A DNA stretch of 63,970 nt, filler included, from Caldilineae bacterium (lineage in GTDB: Bacteria > Chloroflexota > Anaerolineae > DTLA01), in the NCBI GenBank assembly GCA_037446815.1. It is 4 parts of 4 records of this genome, joined end to end, with 100 filler letters (N's around TTAATTAATTAA, not from the genome) between each part and the next. Parts side by side here need not be neighbours in the genome. Positions count along the whole stretch, not along the records: positions 1 to 17,040 come from JBBIHX010000055.1; 3 more parts are not named here. One strand, written 5' to 3'. Under the pieces are notes generated by a model. The model was not told the DNA's origin and searched no databases. It saw nothing but the letters and a program-made list of their open reading frames with translations. Within the stretch, counting starts at the first letter, position 1. The number at the start of each line of letters is the position of its first letter. Of the stretch, positions 1 to 10,026 are shown one piece after another. A program made the position numbers and the translations under genes.

Positions 1-3
1 CCG

Positions 4-327
4 GTGCATCCGGGGGAGATTCTACTGGAGGAATTCCTGCTGCCGATGGGCATCAGCCAGTACCGCCTGGCGAAGGACATCGGCGTGCATCCCCGCCGCA
101 TCAACGAAATCGTGCACGGCAAGCGGGCCATCACCGCGAACACGGCGCTGCGCCTGTCGCGCTACTTCGGCCTGTCCGAGCGGTTCTGGCTGAATCTCCA
201 GGCGCGGTACGACCTGGAGGTGGAGAAGGATCGCCTGGCGGGGCGGTTGGAGCGCGAGGTGAAGGTGCACGGGGCCGGGACGGCGGCCCCTGCCATCGCG
301 GAGGAGAAGGCCCCGTACCGCACGTAG
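4..327 (+). CDS. higA: HigA-family addiction module antitoxin (HTH); may be 5'-truncated by the window
   Basis: HPGEILLEEFL...SQYRLAKDIGV...RINEIVHGKRAITANTALRLSRYFG...FWLNLQARYDL is the HigA signature. Confidence 0.9.
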   Translation: MHPGEILLEEFLLPMGISQYRLAKDIGVHPRRINEIVHGKRAITANTALRLSRYFGLSERFWLNLQARYDLEVEKDRLAGRLEREVKVHGAGTAAPAIAEEKAPYRT

Positions 328-566
328 TCTTCCCCTGGGCGTAGAATAGACTCCACGTACCCGGATAGGGAACATGCGACGCTCCTCGGAGGGGCGTCGC
401 ACGTTGTTTCCCAGGAGCCATTGCGAGCGAAGTGAATCAATCCCCGCCCTATCCATGAGTAACGCGAACCGGCACGGATAGGGGCTTGAGATTCTTCGCG
501 GCTTCGCCGAGCAGAATGACCGTAGATGCCAACGGACTTTGGCACCGAATCCAGGGCAATACGCCC

Positions 567-595
567 TTGACGGGCTGCGACGATTGGGGTACAAT
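567..595 (+). promoter_or_regulatory. sigma70-type promoter
   Basis: TTGACG-17 nt-TACAAT upstream of the gene at 692. Confidence 0.6.
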
Positions 596-691
596 ATGCG
601 TAGTTCTGGCATAGATTTACAATACTCCGCATCGCCGAAGTACGCCCCAGCCCCTTCTACTCGCGGCTTGAAGCCGGAAGGAGAAAATGCC

Positions 692-3607
692 GTGAGGCAA
701 CTGTCGCCGGTACTTCTGATTGCATTGAGCAGTCTGTTGATTGCCGTGCCATCTCACGCCGAAAGGCCGTCCGCTGCCGCGCACACCTGGGCTATCCAGG
801 GAGTGGATACGCCCAGATGGTTTAGTTACATGGGGAATCGCGCCCTGGTTGTGGATGCAGGCGGTCACCCGCACATCGCCTACGGCGGCGATCAGATGTA
901 TTACACCTGGTTTGATGGCGCATCCTGGCACCCTGGGGTGGTGGACAGCGACGGCAGTGGCTACTACAACTCATTGGCTCTGGATAGCGCAGGCCGTGCG
1001 CACATTGCATACGCAGGCCGTGATGACCTGAGATACGCACGTTGGACAGGCAGCGCATGGGATATCCAGATCGTGGACAGCGCTGGTTCCGTGGGCTGGT
1101 ACGCATCCCTGGCTCTGGATTCCAATGGCGACCCTCACATCAGTTACTGGGATTTGACCAACGGTGACCTGAAGTACGGGCGGTGGACGGGAAGCGCCTG
1201 GGACATCCAGACCGTAGATAGCGCAGGCACAGTCGGAGAATATACGTCGCTGGTGCTGGACCCAGCGGGCAATCCACACATAGGCTTCTACGATCGGACA
1301 AACGGCGACCTGAAGTATGCCCGTTGGACGGGCAGTGCCTGGAGCACTCAAACCGTGGACAGCGCGGGCGATGTCGGTCGGTGGGCCTCGCTCGCGCTGG
1401 ACACTTCTGGCTTCCCACATGTCGCCTACCAGGACTTCACCAACTTCCACCTCAAATACGCACGCTGGACGGGCAGCGCGTGGGCTATTCAAACTGTAGA
1501 TGCCGGCGGAACCCTTGGCCAGTACGCTTCACTGGCGCTGGACAGCGCAGGCAAGCCTCACATCGCATACTACGACTTCGGCAAAAAGGATGCCAAGTAT
1601 GCTCGCTGGACAGGAAGCGTATGGAAAACAGACAGGGTGAAAGCAAACGATTGGTGGGATCCCAACCAGGGCGAGTACACATCGCTCGCTCTGGATAGCC
1701 AAGGTAACCCCCACATCAGTTTCTACGATGTGGACGAGGGGGCGCTTGCCTATGCGCGGCAGAACCAAAACAACCCTGACTACTGGGCAATATGGAATGC
1801 AGATACTTGCGGACAGGTAGGCCAGTATTGCTCACTCAAACTGGATGGATCAGGCAATCCACACATCAGTTACTACGACTCAACCAACCGCGACCTGAAG
1901 TACGCACGGTGGACGGGCAGCGCGTGGGATATCCAGGCAGTGGACACATCTTCTGACGTCGGCAGATACACATCCCTGGCTCTGGACAGCGCGGGCCGGC
2001 CCCGCATCGCCTACTACGATTTCACCAACTCACGACTGAAGTATGCCCGTTGGACGGGCACTGCCTGGAATGTCCAAGTCGTGGATTCCACATACAAAGT
2101 GGGCCAATATGCCTCCCTGGCGCTGGATGCCTCAGGGAACCCTCACATCGCCTATTACAACGCCAACGACCGCGATCTGAGGTATGCGCGCTGGACGGGC
2201 AGCGCATGGAACTGCCAGACTGTAGAAAGTGCGGGCGACGTTGGTGAATACACTTCTCTGGCGCTGGATGCTTCTGGTCGTCCTCATATCAGTTACTACG
2301 ACGCCACCAACCGCGATCTGAAGTACGCCCGCTGGACAGGCACAGCATGGAACATCCAGACTGTGGATAGCGCCGGGGACGTTGGCAAATGGACTTCGTT
2401 GGCCCTGGACTCTGCGGGCGATCCCCACATCTCCTACTACGATAGTTCCAACATAGATTTGAAGTATGCGCGCTGGACCGGAGCCGCCTGGAGCACGGAG
2501 GTCGCAAACCCGCGCGGAGGTGAGCATACGTCTCTGGCGCTGGATGCCGTGGGCAACCCACACATCGCCAGCGGCGTCTGGTACTATGCCGAGTTGGCTT
2601 ATGCGCACAAGGCGGATGGCGCATGGGAGATGGAAACGGTGGAGACCATCGGGAGGGTTGGGGATTATCCGTTTCCATCCTTGGCGTTGGATAGTTCGGG
2701 CAAACCACACATCTCCTACTACTACAAGGCCAAGTACGATCTACGGTACGCGGTCGGCGAGCCAATTGCGGGGACGGTAACCCCAAGCCCCACACCGACC
2801 CAGACTCGTACGCGCACGCCGACGCCCACAGCCACACGAACTCCGACGGTTACCCGCACACCCACCCGGACGCCAACGCCCACTGCTACGCGCACCCCGA
2901 CCCGCACGCTCACACCAACCCGCACGCCCACCGGCCCCAACCCGCCCACCCGCAGGCCGACGCCCCCCGGCGCCTTCCCGCGCCGCGCGACCAATACCCC
3001 CGGCCCGTCGCCCACCTGGGTTGCAGGGGCAACGCGAAGGCTGTTCCTGCCGGTTGCATTCAAGGAGTGGTACGCGCCATCGGAGCCGCAGACGCTCACT
3101 GCGCCCATTATCGCCGATGCCTGGATTGACCAGTGGCATCCAACGGACACACACGGCTCCGACATGACCCTCAAAGTTCGAACCGGCGGCGTCTACAAGG
3201 CGCTGGTGAGAGCCAACCTTCCGCCGCAGGTGATGGGGCGGCTGATTGTGAGTGCCGCCCTCAAGATATACGTGGAAACGCGCAACAACACGGGAACGGG
3301 AACCTTGAGTGCCTACCGCCTGAAACGGGCATGGAGCGAAGATACGGTAACATGGAACACGCCCTGGGTTGGCCCTGGCGCGACAGACCCCACAGACGTG
3401 GAAGCGACTGCGGACGGGAGCGCGCCGCTGAATGCAACGGGGGTGTGGGTAAGCATAGACGTAACGTCGGCCTTGCGGGCGTGGGCGAGCGGGACGGCAA
3501 ATCACGGGCTGCTTCTGGTGTATGCCAGCAGCGCGAGCACGGTGTACGAATTCTCGTCGCGCAGCCGCGCCGGGAAGGAACCGATACTGGAGATCACGTA
3601 CAGATGA
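692..3607 (+). CDS. Secreted repeat protein: 14 ~47-aa repeats (probable double beta-propeller), T/P-rich linker, C-terminal DNRLRE-like domain
   Basis: GTG start after GGAG; signal peptide; repeated SLALDxxGxPHIxYYDxxNxDLKYARWTGSAW; PT repeats; C-terminal ADAWID...W.E..VTWN...NHGLLL...F.SR...P.LEITY. Confidence 0.8.
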   Translation: MRQLSPVLLIALSSLLIAVPSHAERPSAAAHTWAIQGVDTPRWFSYMGNRALVVDAGGHPHIAYGGDQMYYTWFDGASWHPGVVDSDGSGYYNSLALDSAGRAHIAYAGRDDLRYARWTGSAWDIQIVDSAGSVGWYASLALDSNGDPHISYWDLTNGDLKYGRWTGSAWDIQTVDSAGTVGEYTSLVLDPAGNPHIGFYDRTNGDLKYARWTGSAWSTQTVDSAGDVGRWASLALDTSGFPHVAYQDFTNFHLKYARWTGSAWAIQTVDAGGTLGQYASLALDSAGKPHIAYYDFGKKDAKYARWTGSVWKTDRVKANDWWDPNQGEYTSLALDSQGNPHISFYDVDEGALAYARQNQNNPDYWAIWNADTCGQVGQYCSLKLDGSGNPHISYYDSTNRDLKYARWTGSAWDIQAVDTSSDVGRYTSLALDSAGRPRIAYYDFTNSRLKYARWTGTAWNVQVVDSTYKVGQYASLALDASGNPHIAYYNANDRDLRYARWTGSAWNCQTVESAGDVGEYTSLALDASGRPHISYYDATNRDLKYARWTGTAWNIQTVDSAGDVGKWTSLALDSAGDPHISYYDSSNIDLKYARWTGAAWSTEVANPRGGEHTSLALDAVGNPHIASGVWYYAELAYAHKADGAWEMETVETIGRVGDYPFPSLALDSSGKPHISYYYKAKYDLRYAVGEPIAGTVTPSPTPTQTRTRTPTPTATRTPTVTRTPTRTPTPTATRTPTRTLTPTRTPTGPNPPTRRPTPPGAFPRRATNTPGPSPTWVAGATRRLFLPVAFKEWYAPSEPQTLTAPIIADAWIDQWHPTDTHGSDMTLKVRTGGVYKALVRANLPPQVMGRLIVSAALKIYVETRNNTGTGTLSAYRLKRAWSEDTVTWNTPWVGPGATDPTDVEATADGSAPLNATGVWVSIDVTSALRAWASGTANHGLLLVYASSASTVYEFSSRSRAGKEPILEITYR

Positions 3608-4148
3608 GCCAGCGCGTGCGACGCAACTTCGCAGGGGCGTCGCACGTGCCCCCTTCGCGTGGATCCGCGCCATTCGCGGTTACGATCCTCCGAGATGCTT
3701 CGCCTTCGGTTCAGCATGACAGGGCACATGGAAGGGCTGCGCCTGGGCCATTACCGTCATTCTGAGCGCCGAAGAGCGAAGAATCTCGCAAGCCGAGACC
3801 CTTCGCTCCGCTCAGGGTGACAGGATCGGGCTGCGTTCCCGCGCCCACAAACCTCACCTACTCGTTTCCCCTTCTCCCCGGGCGGATGAGGGAAAGGCCA
3901 GGCGCTGGGGTGAGGGCATCGCTCCCTCGCCCGCTGGGACAGGGCTGGGATGAGGGGCTTCGGCTCCGCGCCCTCGCAAGGACGGTTACCGACGGGCCAC
4001 GGAACCCAACCCGGCTTTCTTTGCGGTTGACTTTTCGCCCCGTTGCGATAGAATGAAGCCCGCAGCGTGGGGCAAGTTGTCAACTCGCCCCACGACAACT
4101 GCCCCACAGGCAAGTTGTCAGCTTGCCCTACGGACGGGAGGACAAACC

Positions 4149-6935
4149 ATGACCCAACCGAGACTGGTCTTGTTGGACGGCCACGCCCTCGCCTATCGGG
4201 CCTACTTCGCGCTGCCCCCGAACCTGAGCACCCGCGACGGCGAGTTGACCAGCGGGACCTTCGGGTTCGCGTCCATGCTGCTCAAGGTGCTGCAAGAGTT
4301 CAAGCCCGACTACATCGCCGTTACCTTTGATGTGGGGCGCACGTTTCGCCACGACCTGTCGGCGGAGTACAAGGCTACCCGCGCCAAGATGCCCGACGAA
4401 CTGGCCATCCAGATGAGCCGCATCAAGGAACTGGTCTCCGCCTTCAACATCCCGGTCTTTGAACTGGAGGGGTACGAGGCCGACGACATCTTGGGCACCC
4501 TGTCGCGCCAGGCGGCCGAGCAGGGGATTGAGACCATCATCGTTACCGGCGACACCGACGCATTCCAACTCATTGACGAGCACACGAAGGTGTACACGTC
4601 GGGCCGCCAGTTCTCGGATACCAAACTGTACGACGAGGCGGCCATCGTGGAGCGGTACGGCTTGCGGCCCGCGCAGCTGGTGGACTTCAAGAGCCTCACG
4701 GGCGACAAGTCGGACAACATCCCAGGCGTCGCGGGCATCGGAGAGAAGACGGCGGCGCAACTCCTGCAGAAGTACGGGACGCTGGAGGGCATCTACGCGC
4801 ATCTGGACGAGATTGACAACAAGCGCGTGCGCAACGCCCTGGAGCAGGGCCGCGAGGCCGCGTTCCAGAGCCGCAAACTGGTGCAAATCGTGCGCGACGC
4901 CCCCGTGAAACTGGACCTGAAGGCGTGCCGCGTCGCCAACTACAACCGCGAGAAGGTGGTGGCGCTGTTCCGCGATTTGGAGTTCCGCACGCTCATCGGG
5001 CGGCTCCCGGGCGCGGAACCGCCCCCAGCCCAGCCGTCGGCGCCGATGCAGATGTCGCTCTTTGACGCCACCGACGTGCAGGCCGAGGCCGTTGCACCGA
5101 AAACCGCCGCGCCGCCCGCCGGCGATTACCGCATCGTGGACACGCCCGAGGCCTTGCGCGACCTGGCGGAGCAGTTGCAGAAGGCGGCGCGCCTGGCCGT
5201 GGACGTGGAGACCAGTTCCACGGACGCCATGACCGCGGAACTGGTCGGCATCGCGTTGAGCGACCAGCCCGGCAGGGGCTACTACGTGCCCGTGGGGCAC
5301 AGTTCCGCCGCCGCGCGCAACGTGCGCCTTGCCGCCGTTCGCAAGGCGTTAGGCCCCATCCTGGCGGCCCCGGCCATACCCAAGTGCGCGCACAACGGCA
5401 AGTTTGACCTCATGGTGCTCCAGAATCACGGCCTGGATTTGTCGCCTCTCGTCTTTGACACCATGATCGCCGAATGGCTTGTGGACCCGGCCAGTCGCAA
5501 CCTGGGCCTCAAGAACCTGGCCTGGGCGCGCCTGCGCGTGGACATGACGCCCATCACCGACCTCATCGGCTCGGGCAAGGGCCAGATGAGCATGGCGGCG
5601 GTGGGCGTGGAGCAGGTGGCCCCCTACGCCGCCGCCGATGCGGATATCACGCTGCGCTTGGTGTCGGCGCTGGAACCGGAACTCCGCGCGCGGGAACTGT
5701 GGCGGCTGTTTGACGAGGTGGAGATGCCCCTCGTGCCGGTGCTGGCGCGGATGGAACAGAACGGCGTCGCGCTGGATGTGGCGCTGCTGGCGGAGATGTC
5801 GTGGGAGTTGGCGCAGCGGCTGGGCGAGTTGGAGAAGGAAATCTACGCATGGGTGGGGTACGAGTTCAACATCAACTCTACCCAGCAGTTGAGCGATGCG
5901 CTCTTCGGGAAACTGGGCCTGCCCACCAACGGGTTGCGCAAGACCACGTCCGGCTCCTACTCCACCGCCGTGGACACGCTGGAGGCCCTCAAGGATAAGC
6001 ACCCGGTGGTGAATCTCATCCTGGAGCATCGCCAACTGTCCAAGATCAAGTCCACCTACGTGGACGCGCTGCCCAAACTGGTGAACCCGAAGACAGGGCG
6101 CGTGCACACGTCGTACAATCAGACCGGCACCGTTACCGGACGCCTGTCGTCCAGCGACCCCAACCTGCAGAACATCCCCATCCGCACCGATGTGGGGCGG
6201 CGCGTGCGCAATGCCTTCATCGCCGAGCCTGGGTGGGCGCTCATCAAAGCCGACTACTCGCAGGTGGAACTGCGCATCCTGGCGCATGTGTCGCAGGACC
6301 CGGCTATGCTGGAGGCATTCGCGCGGGGCGAGGACATCCACGCCACGACCGCAGCGGCGGTCTACGGCGTACCCCTGTCCGAGGTAACGCCGGAACTGCG
6401 CCGCGTCGCCAAGACGGCCAACTTCGCCGTAACCTACGGCGTTACAGGCTACGGCCTGGCGCAGAGCACGGGCATGGCCCAAGAGGAGGCCGAGCAGTTC
6501 ATCCGCAACTACTTCGCCCGCTTCCCAAAGGTCAAAGAGTACCTGGATCGCACGAAGAAGACGGCGGCCGAGCGCGGGTGGGTGGAGACGCTGCTGGGGC
6601 GCAGGCGCTACTTCCCCGAACTCAAGTCCACCGCGCCCATGCACGCGCAGGCCCGCGCCGCCGCCGAGCGCATGGCCATCAACATGCCGATTCAGGGCAC
6701 CGCCGCCGACATCATCAAGATCGCCATGGTGCGGCTCCAGAAGGCGCTGGACGAGCGGGGACTCCGCGCCAAACTCATCTTGCAGGTGCACGACGAGTTG
6801 GTGCTGGAGGCTCCCGAGGCCGAACTTGAGGAGACATCGGCCCTGGTGAAGAGCACCATGGAGGGTGCGCTGCAACTGGACGCGCCCCTGAAAGTAGATA
6901 TAAAACACGGACGCAATTGGGGAGAAATGGAATGA
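4149..6935 (+). CDS. polA: DNA polymerase I
   Basis: 5'-3' exo LLDGHALAYRAYFA; polymerase motifs DYSQVELRILAH, AKTANFAVTYG, LQVHDELV; RBS GGAGG before ATG. Confidence 0.98.
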   Translation: MTQPRLVLLDGHALAYRAYFALPPNLSTRDGELTSGTFGFASMLLKVLQEFKPDYIAVTFDVGRTFRHDLSAEYKATRAKMPDELAIQMSRIKELVSAFNIPVFELEGYEADDILGTLSRQAAEQGIETIIVTGDTDAFQLIDEHTKVYTSGRQFSDTKLYDEAAIVERYGLRPAQLVDFKSLTGDKSDNIPGVAGIGEKTAAQLLQKYGTLEGIYAHLDEIDNKRVRNALEQGREAAFQSRKLVQIVRDAPVKLDLKACRVANYNREKVVALFRDLEFRTLIGRLPGAEPPPAQPSAPMQMSLFDATDVQAEAVAPKTAAPPAGDYRIVDTPEALRDLAEQLQKAARLAVDVETSSTDAMTAELVGIALSDQPGRGYYVPVGHSSAAARNVRLAAVRKALGPILAAPAIPKCAHNGKFDLMVLQNHGLDLSPLVFDTMIAEWLVDPASRNLGLKNLAWARLRVDMTPITDLIGSGKGQMSMAAVGVEQVAPYAAADADITLRLVSALEPELRARELWRLFDEVEMPLVPVLARMEQNGVALDVALLAEMSWELAQRLGELEKEIYAWVGYEFNINSTQQLSDALFGKLGLPTNGLRKTTSGSYSTAVDTLEALKDKHPVVNLILEHRQLSKIKSTYVDALPKLVNPKTGRVHTSYNQTGTVTGRLSSSDPNLQNIPIRTDVGRRVRNAFIAEPGWALIKADYSQVELRILAHVSQDPAMLEAFARGEDIHATTAAAVYGVPLSEVTPELRRVAKTANFAVTYGVTGYGLAQSTGMAQEEAEQFIRNYFARFPKVKEYLDRTKKTAAERGWVETLLGRRRYFPELKSTAPMHAQARAAAERMAINMPIQGTAADIIKIAMVRLQKALDERGLRAKLILQVHDELVLEAPEAELEETSALVKSTMEGALQLDAPLKVDIKHGRNWGEME

Positions 6936-8605
6936 CGGAGTTGATTAGCCAACAGATCATCGCCCTGGTTACCAAAGCCATCAAGAAGGCGCAGAAGAAG
7001 GGCCACCTGCCCGCCTTTGACATCCCGGAGATCGTCGTGGAGCGGCCCAAACAAGAGGCGCATGGCGACTACTCTACCGCCGTGTGCATGGGCCTGGCGA
7101 AGTACGCGCGCATGGCGCCGGTGAAGATCGCCGAAATCGTCGTGGGGCATCTACCCAGGGCCGATTTCGTCGGCAAAGTGGAGGTGGCCCACCCGGGCTA
7201 CATCAACTTCACGCTGGATCAGGGCTGGGTTTGTCGCCAGGTGGACGAGATTCTGCGGGCGGGCGAGAACTTCGCGCGGCTGGACATCGGGCGGGGCAAG
7301 CGGGTGCAGGTGGAGTACGGCAGCGCCAACCCCACCGGCCCGCTCCACATGGGCACGGGGCGTAACGTGGTCATCGGCGACACGCTGGCCAACGTCCTGG
7401 ACGCAGCGGGCTACCGCGTCCACCGCGAGTACTACGTCAACGACGCGGGCAGCCGAATGCGCGCCTTCTACGAGACGCTGTACGCACGCTATGCTCAGGC
7501 GCTGGGGCGCGATGTGCCGGTGCCCGAGGACGGCTACCACGGGCAGTACATGGTGGACATGGCCGCCGAAATCGTGTCCCGCGAGGGGGCGCGCTTTCTG
7601 GACATGCCGAAGGAGCAGGCGCTGCCCGAACTGGGCAAGTTGGGCCTGGAGTTGATCCTTCGGCAGGCCAAAGAAGACCTGGCGCGCATGGGCATTCACT
7701 ACGACAACTGGTTCTCGGAGCAGAGCCTGTACGACGACGGCACCTTTGGCCGCGTGATGACCCTGCTGCGCGAGGGCGGCTACGTGATAGAGAAGGAGGG
7801 CGCCATCTGGTTCACGTCGCCCAATCTCCCCGACGACGAGGTGCTCATCCGCTCCGACGGGACGCCGCTGTATTTCGCGTCGGACATCTCGTACCACTAC
7901 AACAAGTTCATTCTACGCGGGTTTGACTGGGTCATTGACGTGTGGGGGGCCGACCATCAGGGGCATGTGCCAGGGATGAAGGCGATGATGCCCGCGCTGG
8001 GGCTTGACCCCGAACAACTGACCATCATCCTGTACCAGTTGGTAACGCTGCGGCGCGGGGGCGAAATCGTCCGCATCTCCAAGCGCACGGGCGACATCAT
8101 CACCCTGCGCGAGGTGCTGGACGAGGTCGGCCCCGACGCGGTGCGCTTCTTCCTGCTGGCCCGCACCGCCGACTCGCAGATGGATTTTGACCTGGAACTG
8201 GCCAAGGAGCAATCGCAGGAAAACCCGGTGTACTACGTGCAATACGGCCACGCGCGCATCGCCAGCATCCTGCGCTACGCCGAGGAGCAGGGGATGGCCG
8301 ACTACGTGGGCGGGGACGTGAGCCTGCTGACGACGCCGCCGGAGCAGGCCCTCATCCGCAAGATGTTGGAACTGCCGGAGGTGCTGGAGCAGGCGGCGAC
8401 GAAACTGGCCCCGCACCTGCTGCCGCACTACGCCCAGAGCCTGGCGGCTACGTTCCATTCGTTCTACAAGGAGTGCCGTGTCATTTCATCGCTGCCCGAG
8501 GATCGCGAACTGAGCCGCGCGCGGCTGAAGTTGGTGCTGGCGGCCAAGATTGTGCTGGCGCGGGTGCTTCGGCTGATGGGCGTGGCCGCGCCGGAGAAGA
8601 TGTAG
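6932..8605 (+). CDS. argS: Arginine--tRNA ligase
   Basis: VEYGSANPTGPLHMG, WGADHQG, ISKRTG, NPVYYVQYGHARI, APEKM C-terminus; ATGA overlap with polA. Confidence 0.97.
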   Translation: MTELISQQIIALVTKAIKKAQKKGHLPAFDIPEIVVERPKQEAHGDYSTAVCMGLAKYARMAPVKIAEIVVGHLPRADFVGKVEVAHPGYINFTLDQGWVCRQVDEILRAGENFARLDIGRGKRVQVEYGSANPTGPLHMGTGRNVVIGDTLANVLDAAGYRVHREYYVNDAGSRMRAFYETLYARYAQALGRDVPVPEDGYHGQYMVDMAAEIVSREGARFLDMPKEQALPELGKLGLELILRQAKEDLARMGIHYDNWFSEQSLYDDGTFGRVMTLLREGGYVIEKEGAIWFTSPNLPDDEVLIRSDGTPLYFASDISYHYNKFILRGFDWVIDVWGADHQGHVPGMKAMMPALGLDPEQLTIILYQLVTLRRGGEIVRISKRTGDIITLREVLDEVGPDAVRFFLLARTADSQMDFDLELAKEQSQENPVYYVQYGHARIASILRYAEEQGMADYVGGDVSLLTTPPEQALIRKMLELPEVLEQAATKLAPHLLPHYAQSLAATFHSFYKECRVISSLPEDRELSRARLKLVLAAKIVLARVLRLMGVAAPEKM

Positions 8606-8635
8606 GGGAGCGGGGGCAGAGGGCGGTCGGCCCGG

Positions 8636-9490
8636 CTACACCCCCAGCGCCAGCGCAGCCACCGCCATGCTGACCCATAAGAGCGGGCGGGCGGCCTTCG
8701 CCATCTTGGGCGATGCGTCGCCTGCGAGCAGGATGGCGTAGGCCGGCACGGCGACGAAGGCCAGCACCCCCGCCGGCACAGCCATCCGCAGGACAACCAG
8801 CGCCGCCACAGGGGCCGTGAGCCCGGCGAGGAAAGCGCCCCTGCCCCAACCCTCGCCGCCATCCAGCGCCATAAGCCCCGTCGCGGCCAGGCCGTAGGCC
8901 GGCGCCATGGCGAGCGAGGCGCCTGCGTGCCCGGCGGCGGTTATGGCTCCGCAGGCCCACGCCAGCGCGACGAGCAGGGCCGACGTCCAGATGCCCGCCC
9001 GCTCCGGCGACACCCTAAGCCAAAAGCCGCCGGCCACCGACAGCGCCACGACCGACGCGCCAATCCAGCCCGCAGGTCGCCCCAACCCCACCGACAGGAG
9101 CGCGCCCGCGAGCACGAGAAACCCCAGCGTGCGCGCCCGCAACCCTCGCGGCGATGACCACGCGCTCCGCAGGAACCGCGCCGCTCCCGATGCCCATGCC
9201 GCAAACCGATGCGCGGGCGAGTCGGGCCGGGCGTAGGGGAGGGTGAACAGCGGGGCGCGCGACGCCGCCGATGCCCCGCGCCCCTCGCCCTGGAGGAGCA
9301 GCCACACGACCCAGCGATACACGAACTCCACCAGCAGGATAGCAACCAGCAACCGGCCCGCCAGGGGCAGCGCCCAGCGCAGGCCGACGGCAGAGACCGC
9401 GCCGCACAGCACGGCCCACGCCAGCGGCACCCCCTGCGGGAAAGTGGGCACCGCGATGGCGGGCGTTCGCCTAGGATGCGTCTCGCTCAC
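8636..9490 (-). CDS. Hypothetical multi-pass membrane protein
   Basis: GTG start after GGAGGA; many hydrophobic segments. Confidence 0.6.
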   Translation of the reverse strand: MSETHPRRTPAIAVPTFPQGVPLAWAVLCGAVSAVGLRWALPLAGRLLVAILLVEFVYRWVVWLLLQGEGRGASAASRAPLFTLPYARPDSPAHRFAAWASGAARFLRSAWSSPRGLRARTLGFLVLAGALLSVGLGRPAGWIGASVVALSVAGGFWLRVSPERAGIWTSALLVALAWACGAITAAGHAGASLAMAPAYGLAATGLMALDGGEGWGRGAFLAGLTAPVAALVVLRMAVPAGVLAFVAVPAYAILLAGDASPKMAKAARPLLWVSMAVAALALGV

Positions 9491-9560
9491 GTCTTCCTCC
9501 AACGATTGGGTGTGGGTATTATAGCAGAGATTCGGCGTGTGCGAACGCGAGTTTGGGCCA

Positions 9561-9735
9561 GATTCGGCTCCAAAGCCGGTTGGCACCTACCGTCATTCTG
9601 AGCGGCGGAGAGCGAAGAATCTCGCCCCTCACCCCGGCCCTCTCCCGAAGGGCGAGGGCGTATCGCCTTCGGCTCAGCATGACAGGGTGGGAAGGCGGCG
9701 CGCGGGGCAGAACCAACACAATATGGAACCGAATC
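9561..9735 (+). mobile_element. MITE-like element, 175-bp variant (B)
   Basis: Ends GATTCGGCTCCAAAGCCGGTTGG / CCAACACAATATGGAACCGAATC; flanked by TTGGGCCA on both sides. Confidence 0.85.
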
Positions 9736-9743
9736 TTGGGCCA

Positions 9744-9893
9744 GATTCGGTTCCAAAGTCTGTTGGTATTTGTCATTGCGAGGGCGCGGAGCGCCCGAAG
9801 CAATCTCTGGGGCGTGAGGTTGCTTCGCTTCGCTCGCAACGACACACGAGGAGAGTGCCCTTGCGTTTCACCAACACAAGATGAAACCGAATC
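9744..9893 (+). mobile_element. MITE-like element, 150-bp variant (A)
   Basis: TIRs GATTCGGTTCCAAAGTCTGTTGGT / ACCAACACAAGATGAAACCGAATC; 8-bp flanks TTGGGCCA/TTGGGCCA. Confidence 0.9.
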
Positions 9894-10026
9894 TTGGGCC
9901 AAATGGACATTGCATAATTGCATGGCCTGGAGTATAATGGGCCACAATACAAAGGGCCTCTGCGGCCAGGCCGTAGAGACGCGCTCGGTAAGCACCGAGC
10001 CCGTGCGCAAGTCGTTGAGGAGTCAG

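Noticed and set aside
840..2750. Nucleotide repeats as CRISPR or DGR template/variable region
   Set aside because: In-frame protein repeats with synonymous divergence; no adenine-specific pattern noticed and no reverse transcriptase
9553..10026. Long N-terminal ORF extensions (also 56529-57455, 61188-61436, 33866-34039, 25427-25549)
   Set aside because: They read through MITE or intergenic DNA; better starts lie downstream
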